A DNA stretch of 64,000 bases from Candidatus Aphodovivens avistercoris. Its GTDB lineage: Bacteria > Actinomycetota > Coriobacteriia > Coriobacteriales > Eggerthellaceae. Shown piece after piece: positions 9,081 to 20,400 of the stretch. The stretch covers positions 29,837-93,836 of the forward strand of contig DVIW01000010.1 in the NCBI GenBank assembly GCA_018710945.1, written 5' to 3'. Position numbers and translations under genes: made by a program. How positions within the stretch are numbered: the stretch's first letter is position 1; each line of letters starts with the position of its first letter. Under the pieces are notes generated by a model. That model worked only from the letters and a program-made list of their open reading frames with translations. It made no database searches and was not told the DNA's origin.

Positions 9081-9795
9081 TCTGCAGAACGCCCCCGTCC
9101 ATCCCGCCGCGCCCGACGCCGCGCCGCTGCGCATCGTGGTGGCCGACGACCAGGACCTCGTGCGCAGCGGGTTCCGTCTCATCCTGCAGTCGTACGAGGG
9201 CATCAAGGTGGTGGGCGAGGCGCGCGACGGCGCCGAGGCCGTGGAGCTGGCGCGGCTGCTGACGCCCGACGTGGTGCTGATGGACATCCGCATGCCGTGC
9301 AAAAACGGCATCGACGCCACGCACGACATCACGTCCGACCCGGCGCTTTCCGGCGTCCACGTGCTCATTCTTACGACGTTCGACCTGGATGAATACGTCT
9401 ACGACGCGCTGTCGGCCGGCGCGAGCGGCTTTCTTCTGAAGGACGCCGAACCCGACGAGATCGTGGAGGCGGTGCGCGTGGTGGCGCGCGGCGACGCGCT
9501 CATCCAGCCTTCGGTCATGCGGCGGCTCGTGGAGACGTTCGCCGCCGCCCGGCCTTTCGTCGCGCGCCGTGGCGGGCAGGCGCTTTCCGCCCTCACCGAG
9601 CGCGAGCGCGAGATACTGCTTCTGGTGGCGCGCGGCCTGGGCAACGACGAGATAGCCGCCCACCTGGTCATATCGCCCGCCACGGTGAAGACGCACCTGG
9701 CGCGCGTCATGCAGAAGCTCGACGCCCACGACCGCGCCCAGCTGGTCATCTGCGCCTACGAAGCCGGCCTGGTGAAGCCGGGCGCCGCAGGCTAG
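9073..9795 (+). CDS. LuxR/NarL-family response regulator
   Basis: The receiver domain (RIVVADDQDLVRSG ... VVLMDIRMP) is followed by a C-terminal LuxR helix-turn-helix (LTEREREILLLVARGLGNDEIAAHLVISPATVKTH). ATG 9073 overlaps the kinase stop by 8 nt. Confidence 0.9.
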   Translation: MSDLQNAPVHPAAPDAAPLRIVVADDQDLVRSGFRLILQSYEGIKVVGEARDGAEAVELARLLTPDVVLMDIRMPCKNGIDATHDITSDPALSGVHVLILTTFDLDEYVYDALSAGASGFLLKDAEPDEIVEAVRVVARGDALIQPSVMRRLVETFAAARPFVARRGGQALSALTEREREILLLVARGLGNDEIAAHLVISPATVKTHLARVMQKLDAHDRAQLVICAYEAGLVKPGAAG

Positions 9796-9803
9796 CGGAA
9801 GCG

Positions 9804-10880
9804 CTACAGCAGCGCCAGCAGCTCGTCCACGGCCTCTTCGCGCGTGGTCCAGCTGGTGACGAAGCGCACCACCAGCCTGCCGTCGGCGCGGCGTTCCCAC
9901 ACCTCGAAGGTGGCGTGCTGGCGCAGCCGTTCCACGTCGGCGTCGTCCATGACGACGAATTGCTGGTTAGTGGGCGACTCCATGGCCAGCTCGTAGCCCG
10001 CTGCGCGGAAGCCCGCCGCCAGCTTCTGTGCCAGCCCGATGGCGTGGCGCCCGTTCGCCAGGTAGCGCGTGCGCTCGGCGGGCACTTGCGGCGTACCGCC
10101 CGCGCACCCGTCGGCGCCGTCTTCCTCGAACAGCACGTCGAACTGCACGCCCAGCATGCGGCCCTTCGCCAGCACCGCGCCGTGCTTCTTCATGAGGGTG
10201 AAGAAGTGGTCGGCCAGCTGCGGGTCGGGGAACACCACGGCCTCGCCGAACAGCGCGCCCACCTTCGTGCCGCCGATGTAGAACGCGTCGGCCAGCCGCG
10301 CCAGGTCGGGCAGCGTCATCGTGGCGCCCGCGGCCGCAAGCGCGTAGCCCAGGCGCGCGCCGTCCACGAACAGGCGCAGGCCGAACTCGTCGCAGGCCGC
10401 GCGCAGCGCCTCCAGCTCGTCCAGCGAGTACAGCGTGCCGTACTCCGTGGGCTGCGAGATGTAGGCCACGCCGGGCGCCACCACGTGGTCGCGGCTTTCG
10501 CCCTCGGCCCAGGCGGCGCAGTACGCGCGCAGGTCGGCGGCGTCCAGCTTGCCGTTGCGATGGGGAATCTGAAGGATCTTGCGGCCATGCGCCTCCACGG
10601 CGCCCGCCTCGTGCCCGTTGATGTGGCCGGTGTCGGCGGACACCACGCCCTCCCAGGGGCGCAGAAGCTGGTCGATGACGGCGGCGTTGGCCTGCGTGCC
10701 GCCCACCAGGAAGTGTACGGCGGCCTGGGGCGCCTGACAGGCGAAGCGGATGCGCGCGCGGGCGCTCTCGCACACGGCATCGACGCCGTAGCCGGGCGTC
10801 TGGTCGAAATTGGTGGCGGCAAGGCGCTCGATGATGGCAGGATGCGCGCCTTCCAGGTAATCGCTGTCGAAATGAAGCAT
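9804..10880 (-). CDS. low-specificity threonine aldolase / beta-eliminating lyase family PLP enzyme
   Basis: 358 aa with MLHFDSDYLEGAHP..., GGTQAN, and GGTK (PLP lysine) in the order typical of threonine aldolases. Confidence 0.8.
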   Translation of the reverse strand: MLHFDSDYLEGAHPAIIERLAATNFDQTPGYGVDAVCESARARIRFACQAPQAAVHFLVGGTQANAAVIDQLLRPWEGVVSADTGHINGHEAGAVEAHGRKILQIPHRNGKLDAADLRAYCAAWAEGESRDHVVAPGVAYISQPTEYGTLYSLDELEALRAACDEFGLRLFVDGARLGYALAAAGATMTLPDLARLADAFYIGGTKVGALFGEAVVFPDPQLADHFFTLMKKHGAVLAKGRMLGVQFDVLFEEDGADGCAGGTPQVPAERTRYLANGRHAIGLAQKLAAGFRAAGYELAMESPTNQQFVVMDDADVERLRQHATFEVWERRADGRLVVRFVTSWTTREEAVDELLALL

Positions 10881-11329
10881 GGGGCAGCTCCTTCATGGTT
10901 CACGGGTCGCGTCGTTCGCGTCTGCGCGGCAGTCGGCGATGGCTGCCGTCGCCAAGGCGCGCCACCCGACGCCGCGCGGGCATCGTGAGTAGTCTAGGGC
11001 TTTCGCCGCCGCGCGCAAGGGGGCGGGGCTGCCGAACGCCGGGGCGTGCGTCGGGCGCTGCGCCCTTCGCAACCGCGCGCGGCGGTGAAATCCCCCTTCT
11101 GCAACCGTTCGCGGCATCAATTGTTACTTTAAATATGCTAGTTATACGATGGTTGCCCAAAATCCACATGAAGGGAGGGTACTTTGCTTTACAATATTTT
11201 AATGCATGCGTCTTGAATGGGGCAGGAAAGAGGTCCCCAAGACGCTTCCCTTGACAATGCGGGCGCGGGGTTGAGCATGCAAGCAAAGGCTCTGTCAAGA
11301 ACGGGCAAAATTGCTGCAAAATCTGCTTG

Positions 11330-11339
11330 CCCCCCCCCC
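11330..11339 (+). repeat. homopolymeric C10 tract upstream of the giant adhesin gene
   Basis: Ten consecutive C residues read directly at 11330-11339, about 120 nt upstream of ATG 11460. The tract is in frame with the upstream-extended ORF that opens at 11217. Confidence 0.9.
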
Positions 11340-11459
11340 TCCGCTCACTGCGATTTTGACGGACGATTTCGCTGTCGGATGACCCGAACCAAGCGAAACG
11401 GACGCACCGCGGATGGGAGCCAAGGCGGGGACATCGGGGAAAGGCGGGAAGGGGTACCC

Positions 11460-14400
11460 ATGGCCAAGGAAACGAGTGGCAGCAGCTTCCAGCAGAAAGT
11501 GCGCGCGCGCAAGCTGCAGCGGAAACGATCCAATTGGCGGCAGTTCTGGGCGGTGTTCATCAGCATTCTGCTGTGCGTCCAGATGGTGAGCATCGGAGGC
11601 ATCCCCTTCGCCAGCGCCGCCAGCGCAGCGAACGGCCAGGAGCTCTCGGCGAACGTGAGCGAGAACGAGAACGAGAGCGCGAACGCCGGGGAAGCCGACG
11701 TGGCCGGCGGCGCTTCCAGCTCCAAAGGCGCCGGCGGCGCCTCTGCGTCCGCGACCGAATCCGATGGCGCCAACAAGGCCGACGGCTCCGCCCTGTCGGG
11801 AACCGAGGCGAGCGAAGGCGAAACCTCTGAAACCGCCCCGTCGGATGCGGACGGCTCGAATGCCGCCGAGCCCGGCGCCGACCAGTCCGAGGGAGCCGAC
11901 GGCGCGCTTCCCGCCGAGGCGTTCGCCGTGCGCGACGCCCAGGATTGGACGGGTTTGCTGGACGACCTGAAGCTCGACGCCTCGCTGCGCATCGCCGACC
12001 CCGACCCGACGCTCAGCCCCGCCTACGCCGCCGACCCCGCGGCGCAGACCGGCTCCGAGTCCGCCGACCCCGCGGACGCTGCTGATTCCGTCGCGGCCGA
12101 CAGCGAAAATGCCGAAAACGCCAACACCGCCAGCGTCGCCGCCGACCAGCAAGGCGCAACGGCCTCCGTGCTGCCCGAGTCCCTGCCCGCCACGCTCACC
12201 GTGCGGATCGAGCTGAACCCCCAGGACGAAGGCGCGTTCGTGCGCACGGGCGACTGGTTCCGCCTGACGCTCCCCGAAGGCTTCGCGCTGGCTGACGCCT
12301 CGACGCCCGCGAACGTCGTGGCGCTGGACGACCAGGGCAACCCCACCGAAACCCTCAGGGGCAGCGCGTTGCTGGTCGACGGCCAGCTGAAGGTTCAGCT
12401 CGCCTCCGACGCGCCGGAAAGCGCGCTGTCTGAGGACGCGCAGGCCCAGGCGACGCCCGACCAGGCGCAGGCCGCGCTGGTGAAGGTTCCCGCGAACGCC
12501 GAAGGCATCGTGGCTGTGCAGGTCGAGCTGCCGGTCGTGGTTGACGCCGCGTTGCTGGTCGACGAGGCGCGCACGGTGGAGTGGGTGATGCAGCAGGGCG
12601 AAGACGGCCAGCAGCAGACGGCCTGGCTCCAACTGCCCGCGCGCGCAGAGCTGGAGCAGCTGTGGGCCGAGGCGCTGGCCGCCGCCGGCGCAGCGAACGA
12701 CGCCGAGGGCGACGGTTCGGATGCCGCCGCATCGCCGGAGGGGGCGGTCGCGGCCGCGCAAAACGTCCTTGCCGACGTGCGCGAGACGCTGCAGTCCACC
12801 ACCACGGTCCAGGCCGGCCCCTTCGACACCCAGGTGCATTCGCAGACCATCTGGTGCGACAACAACCATGGAGACCGTCCGACCGCTGACAGCCTGGAAG
12901 CGGGCTACATCCCGCAGTACTCGCTGGATGCTGGCGTGACGTTTTATGACCTTGTGAACGCGGACGGAACCGTGACGCAGCAGGCGAAAGACGACCTGCA
13001 CCTGAGTGACGACCAGGTCAGGCGCATCGAAAGCGGCGACCTCATCCAGATAACCCGCTCGGCCGTGAACACCTACGACGTGGCGACGAGCGCCCTGCCC
13101 AGCCGGGTGGTCACCACGACGACTGCCCCCATTCTGGATAACGAGGGCAAGCCGACCTACGACGAGAACGGCAACCAGGAGTTCTATACCACCGAGGTCT
13201 CGACGCTCATCACCTGGCAGCTCAAAGACACCAACGAGTACGCGGGCTACCTGCCCGGCAGCAGCTCCGCGTGGGACAAGCAGTACAAGATGCTTGCCAC
13301 CACCATCGAGTTCAACGTGGTGGGTAAAACCGGAGAAGAAGCGCTGAAGGACATCTTCGGCTCGGATGAGGAGGACTACTTCCAATTCGGCGCCACCATC
13401 AACGGCGTGGCGCAGCGCTCCTCGAGCGTTGCGCAAGCCATCGAAGACGGTTGGCTGTCCATCGAGGACACCGATAACGGCTGCATCATCACCGGCACCG
13501 TGCCCCGCTACGACGAAGACGGCTACCCGATCGTGTACTACGTGCGCTACGACGGCGCGCAGGAGGGCCCCGACTACTACCAGGCCACCTACGATAACTC
13601 CGCCTCGGCGAACCACGGCGGCGCGACGGATGCCGTCTACGATGGCGGCACCTTGACGCTGCGCCATGCGGGCACCACCACGTTCGAGGGCACGAAGGTG
13701 TGGCTCGATGGCGGCAACCAGGCAAGCCGTCCCGCCGTCACCTACACGCTGTGGCGCTATTCCACCCAGGGCTCACCGGAGACGGCGTCGCAGGTGACGG
13801 TGGCCTCGCTCCATGCGGAGAACTCCGAGACTCCCGCGCCCAATGCGACGGGCTTCGTCGAGGTGACGGCGCCTGCTGGCAGCGGTGAGATAGACCTCCA
13901 TCAGCTGCTGATCGAAGAGTATGGCGAAGCCCTGGTCAACGCGCTGCCCAAGTACGACCCTGACGGATACCCCTACATCTACGCTATGCGCGAAGAGGCC
14001 GTAGCCGGCTACGAGCAGGTGTTCGGCACGGTGGCCGCCGACGGTGTCGTGACCGACACCAACCCGCGCTACGAGAACGAAGCGGGCGATGGCTACGTGG
14101 ACGTCGATCGCGGCGCGCGCCCGGATACCGACCGCTTCGTGTACAACGGCGGCACGCTTTCCAACCGCTTGACCGGCACCACCACGGCCCAGATGACCAA
14201 GACGTGGCAGATCGCCGCCTTCCAGGACAGCCTGCAGGAGGTGGAGTGCGAGTTCACCGCGCAAAGCCGTCCGAAGGGCTCCACCGACGATGCCGACTGG
14301 CGCAACGTCGAGGCGGACGGCGCGGTGCAGACGCTCACCGCATGGAATGCCGAGACGCTTGCCAAAACGGTGAGCCAGAGTTTCCCCAAATACGATGCTC

Positions 14401-17400
14401 AGGGCGAAGAGCTCGAGTACCGCTGGATCGAGACGGGCGTTTCGTTCGGCGCCCAAGACACCCGCTTCACCACGAACGCCGACGGCACCGCCAGCTTCAC
14501 GCTGAACGTGGAGTCTGCCGAGGGCACGACCGAGGAGCTTCTGTTCACCTCGACGCCCATCACGCAGGAGGGCGCTGACGGCAGCTACGCCACCACCATC
14601 GTGAACACGTTCGAGAACGTGACCGACCAGCATGTGGACAAGTACTGGGAGCAGGCCGATGGCACCCTGGCGCAGATCGCGCCCGACCCCGCCTACACCG
14701 ATGGCGATGCGATCGTGGAGCTCTACCGCGACGGTGCGCTGATCGGCACGTTCACGATGGACGGCCGCTCCGACGAGGACGCGACCCCTATCGAGGGGCT
14801 TGACGGCGCCACCTGGCAAGAGACGCGCTCCTACCACATCGACTTCGAAGACCTGCCCAAGTACTCGCCCGAGGGCACCCGCTACACCTACCTGGTGCTC
14901 GAGACGAGCAAGGACGGCTGGACCACCGAGCGCAGCTACGATCCCGACACGCGCACGACGCGCATCGACAATTACCTTCCCATCGGCGAAGGCTCCGAGA
15001 TCCGCGTTACGAAGAAGTGGATCGACGGCGACGACGCCGAGCATCGCTACCAGGTGGAAGTGACCCTCTATGCCGCGCATGACATGCAGTCGCGCGCGAC
15101 GGATGAAGAGGGCGACCCGCTCTTCGCGTACCAAAAGGACGACCCCGTGATGGAGCGCATCCTGCTTTCCGAGGACGGGCTGTGGTACACGGAGGTGGAC
15201 GTGCCTATCGGCGGGCTCACCTACAACGACTTCTATGTGCGCGAGACGGCGCTGATCGACGATAGGGGCACGGAAACCACCGAAGACGACGTGCGCTACC
15301 CCGTGGTCTCGATCGACGAAGCGAAGGAGCTCTACCCGGACGAGGACTGGGTGAATGTGGGCTGGACCAACCCTGACAACCGTCGTGTGGCCACGCCTGA
15401 GCATGTCTACGAGGTGAGATACCAGGCCAACGACACGCTGAAGTCGGCCGAGGTGACGAACCGTCGCCTGGGCTTGTTCGACCTTACCGTCACCAAGACC
15501 TGGAACGACGCCTTGGGCGCCGATGAGGACAAGACGCGTCCCGCTGCCGCGCTGACGCTTTCCTGCGACGAGTACGCGCAGGCGTTCTCGAAGGATGCGG
15601 ACGGCACCCTGCGGGTTTCTGTGAGCGGCAATCGCCTGCCCGTGACGGTGACCGATGCCGACGGCAACCCGGTTGAAACCTCCATCGTGGATGACGACGG
15701 CAACCCGGCCGAGAGCGGCAGCCTGCGCGTGGAGGTGGACACGACCAAGGCGAACGCCACCTACCACTTCGAGGGCATGCCTAAGTACGATGCGAATGGT
15801 CTGAACGTCCATTACAGCGTGAACGAGGGGTGGACGGGCGAATATGGCGACTACTACAGCACCAAGACCGTGGGCGACTACGTGGTGCAGCCGGGCGCGC
15901 GCCATTTCCAGGACAGCCAGACCGTCGATTTCAACAACAACCGCTCCGGCACGCGCGACGTGGTGTTCTACAAGCAGTGGCGCGACAACTACGTCAGCCA
16001 GGAGCTCAACCAGCGTCCCGACATCTACCTTACGCTCTACCGCGTGAGCGCGAATTTGGCCGAACCCGAAGCGGTGCCGGGCTACGTGCATTTCAGCTGG
16101 TCAGCGATGGCTGAAAGCGGAGACGCGGGCAACGAGCAGAAGGTGACCATATCCGGTTTGCCCAAGTACGACTCCCAGGGCGCGGAGTACGTCTACTATG
16201 CATCCGAGACCATGTCGGCCGACGGAACGTCGCTGGGCTATGGCGATGTGCGCTTCGCCTATGACAGCATCGATGAGGCCGATGCGCGGGCGGAGGCCGA
16301 GCAGGACGCGGACACCTTGGTGGTCCAAGACGCCGAAAACGCCGTCAAGGTGGGCGAAACGGAAAGCGATAATCCGCAGGAAAACGGCACCGGCTGGGCC
16401 ATCCGCGAGGACGGCACCTTCGTGAACCGCCTTTCCGCCAACCTGGAGGCGAACGGCACGAAGCTGTGGGAGAACATTCCCGGCAACGTGGACCAGGCCG
16501 ATCTGCCCGAAATCACGGTCTACCTGCAGCAGAAGCTGGCGACCGCGGCCGAGTGGGACGACATGTACGTGACCGACGTTGACGCTCGTAAGCTGTCGGG
16601 CACGGTGGCGTCCACGAGCGACCTGACGGAGGTGACCACCAACCAGTACAGCTATAGCATCACCACCGACTACGACGGCGATCCACTGCCGCGCTACAAC
16701 GAGGACGGCGAGCTGTACCAGTACCGCGCCGTCGAGATCGCCTGGGGGCTGCTTGACCAGCCGGGTGGCTTCACGGAGGACGACTTGAAGGATGTGAACT
16801 TCGCCGACCTGCGCGATGACGCGACGGGCGAGGGCGCCGCGCTGGGCGGCGTGTTCGCCATCCAGCATGGCGACACGGGCTCGTTCCTGCTGCGCAACGT
16901 CTACGACGCCGAAAAGGGCAAGCTGACGGTGAAGAAGCTCTTCGACGGACGCGACGCCGATGAGACGCTGTACCCCGACGTGACCTTCAACGTGTACCGC
17001 TACTACGTGGACAGCGACGGCAATGCCAGCCGCGCGGCGCGCGTGGCGAGCCACACGCTCACGCAGGCTGACTTCCTGGCGAGCACGGCGGGCGAGGATG
17101 GCAACCGCTCTGCCAGCTATACGTTTGACAACCTGGAGATCTACGCGCCCGATGGCAGCCGCTGGATCTACTTCGTGACGGAGACCAGCATCAACGGCTA
17201 CGAGACTCTGGTGGGCACGGGCAACCTGGAGCTTGGCGATGCCGACTTGGTTGCGGGCGACATGGTGGACGCTTCGGGCAGCGCGGTGACGGACGGCTCT
17301 GGCACGGCGATGCGCTCGGAGGATCTGGGCAGCGCTGACAAGACGATTCTTGCCGATGACGAGGAAGTGGACGTCACCTTCGCCAACACCTACAACGCGG

Positions 17401-20400
17401 AATCTGCCAACCTGCAGGGCACCAAGGTGTGGCGCGACTACAACAACATCTTCAACGTGCGTCCCGACACGCTCGACCTGACGTTCACGCGCACGGCGGG
17501 CGGCATCACCGAGGACGTCGGCGTGCAGACGGGCGATGAAGACGCCGAGAACTACCTGGTGTGGACGGCGAAGGACAAGAGGGGCAACTGGACGTTCGAG
17601 CTGCGCAACATCGAGAAGTGGGCGCCCAATGGGCAGGCGTGGACGTACACGGTCAAGGAAGCGCTGCCGCAGGGAACCGACCAGTACTACAGCATCGTGA
17701 CCGGGGAGTCGTCGGTGGCGGCAACCTCCACGACGGGGTTCAGGCTGGAGAACGCGTTGAACGGCCAAGCCACCGTCCAGAAGTCGTGGGTTGACGGCGA
17801 GGATCCCTACGGCCTGCGTCCCGAGAGCGTGAAGGTGCAGTTGCAGGCTCGCACGGTTGAAATCGCCGACAACGGCACCGAGCAGGGTGATTGGGACGGA
17901 TGGCAGAACGCCTACAAGGTGTGGAAGCAGTTCGCCAGCGAGGAAGATCTGGCGGGCCAGCTTAACGAGGACTTTGTAGACCGCACGCTGTCCGACGGCA
18001 CGGGCTGGAAGGGCTCGTGGACGCGTCTGCCCATGGTGGCGCGCGATGCCGACGGTACGCTCTATCGGATAGAGTACCGTGCGGTGGAGACGGCCATCGG
18101 CGACCAGACGATAAAAGCTCCGAACGATGACAACGGCACGTATGAGAACTATTATCCGTACCAGCCGTCGCAGGTGACCACGACCGATCCTGCGAATAAC
18201 AGCTCCGCCACGATGGTGACCAACACGCTCGAGGACACGAGCATCTCCGCCACCAAGACGTGGGCGAACGACGGGCTGAACGGCACCTCGGACGCTTGGG
18301 GTACGCGCCCCGGCAGCAGCACCGCGTGGACGGCGAAGTACTTCCTGCAGCGCTCGACCAGCGAGACCGACTGGGAGTGGGTCGTCAAGGCGGGCTTCGA
18401 GGCGAAGCCCGATGGCAGCGCCACGCAGGAAGGCGTGGTGAGCCTGACGATCACGGGCGCCAGCTCGGTGGATACCGGCACAGCGACGTGGGAGAACCTG
18501 CCCAAATTCGACACGAGCGGCAAGCAATACAGCTATCGTGTGGTCGAGCAGGTGCCCGGCAGCTACGACGTGACGGACCAGGGTGCTGAGCTGGTGAACG
18601 ATCCCGATACGACGCACCGCTACTACGTGGTGCCGAGCACGAGGGATGCACAGGCCTTCACCAATACGCTGCGCACGGTGGATCTGACGGGTACCAAGGC
18701 TTGGGATGACCATGGCGCGGGCATTGTGCCGAGCTTCGAGGACGACAAGCCCACGATGGTGCTCTATCGCCAGGTTGAGGGCGGTACGGCCGAGCAGGTG
18801 AAGCTGAAGAATGGCTCCGCCGCGCCGCAGCCCACCTGGACCGACAACGGCGACGGCACGTGGCAGTTCACCTACACCGGCCTGCCTGCTGCCGACGAGA
18901 ACGACAAGCCCTACACCTACTGGGCGGTCGAGACGGCTGGCTCCGGCGGTGCGGGCGGTTTCTATCCGGCCTACGGCAGCGGCGACCAGCAGAGCAACGC
19001 GACGCATGGTGCGGCTGGCACGACAGTCGATACGCCGGCAACTGCTGATAGTGACGGCACGCAGGCTAACGAGACCATCACCAACGTGGCGACTAAGCTT
19101 GCTCTCGAAAAAGTGAGTGACTGGCGCGGCGCCGACGGCAAGGGCGACCCCGAATCGCTGGCGGGCATCGAGCTTTCCGTTCAGTCGCGCGACGGCAGCA
19201 CTACCTATGCCATGTGGACCAATGGGAGTGACGGCAAAACCTACAGCACATATACCTGGGTGGACGGCACGGTCGACCCTGCCAACACTGCGAACGCGGT
19301 GCATCGTGACGACAACCTCATTGTGGGCCTGAAGGCGGGGCAGTACAGAATCGTTGAGACGGGCACGCCGCCTGCAGGCTATGCCCAGGCGCCCGACGTG
19401 CTGTTCACGATAAACGCCGATGGCACGGCAACGTACAACGGCGTCGAGCTCGACGGGGTAGCCGACCTGTTACCGGGCGAATCCGGTGTTGTGGTGAATA
19501 CCGATGCCGGCATCCATACCATCGCGGTGACGGCGGAAGATCCCGTGCTGCGCGGCCATCTTGAGCTGACGAAGTACGTGTCGGATGACGGCACAGTGGA
19601 TGCGGATGACGCTGCGGCGCTGGAAGGCGCCACGTTCGATCTGTATCGCGTGGACATGGATGGCGACGGCCAGGATGAGCTGATCGCTTCTGGCCTGACC
19701 ACCGATGCCAACGGCAAGGTGACGACGGTGGGCAACGGCAAGGCGACGAACGCGATGGGCACCGCAGGTGGCGACTTGACCTATGACGGCAAATACACCA
19801 AGCTCTCCGACGGCCTGCCCGAGGGTAAGTACTACTTTGTGGAGACGGCTACCACGCCGGGTGCCGTGCTGCCTGAGGGCACCGCCGCCAAGAGCGACGA
19901 GCTCACCATCACCCAGAAAAACCACTACGAAATGAAGAATGAGCCGGTGTCGGGGAAGATGGCGAATGAGAACTTCGGGGCCGAAGTGAAGCTGGTGAAG
20001 TTCGACAAGGGCACGGGTGACCCCATTGACGGTGCGGCATTCAGTTTGAAGTATTGCCCCGAAGGCTCTACGGATGCGGGTTATCCAATCGATCTGGGCA
20101 CGTTCACCACGCAGGCAGACCCCGACATCGACAACCACCACGGCATCGTGTGCTTTCCTGATCTGGAGAAGGGCTCGTATCTGGTGGAGGAAGTGAGCAA
20201 CCCTGGTTATTCGGGCGAGTTCCAGGCAAAGTTCACCATCAGCAACAAGGACGATGGGCATACCTATGTAGTCTGGCAGGACGGTGGCACTGCCATCGAC
20301 TTCGCGGTGACGAAAGGCGAGAACATTCGCGGCTTCGGAATCCCCAACAACCGCCTTACCGGCCAGGCAACGCTGAGGAAGCTCGGTTCCGGCGGCTACA

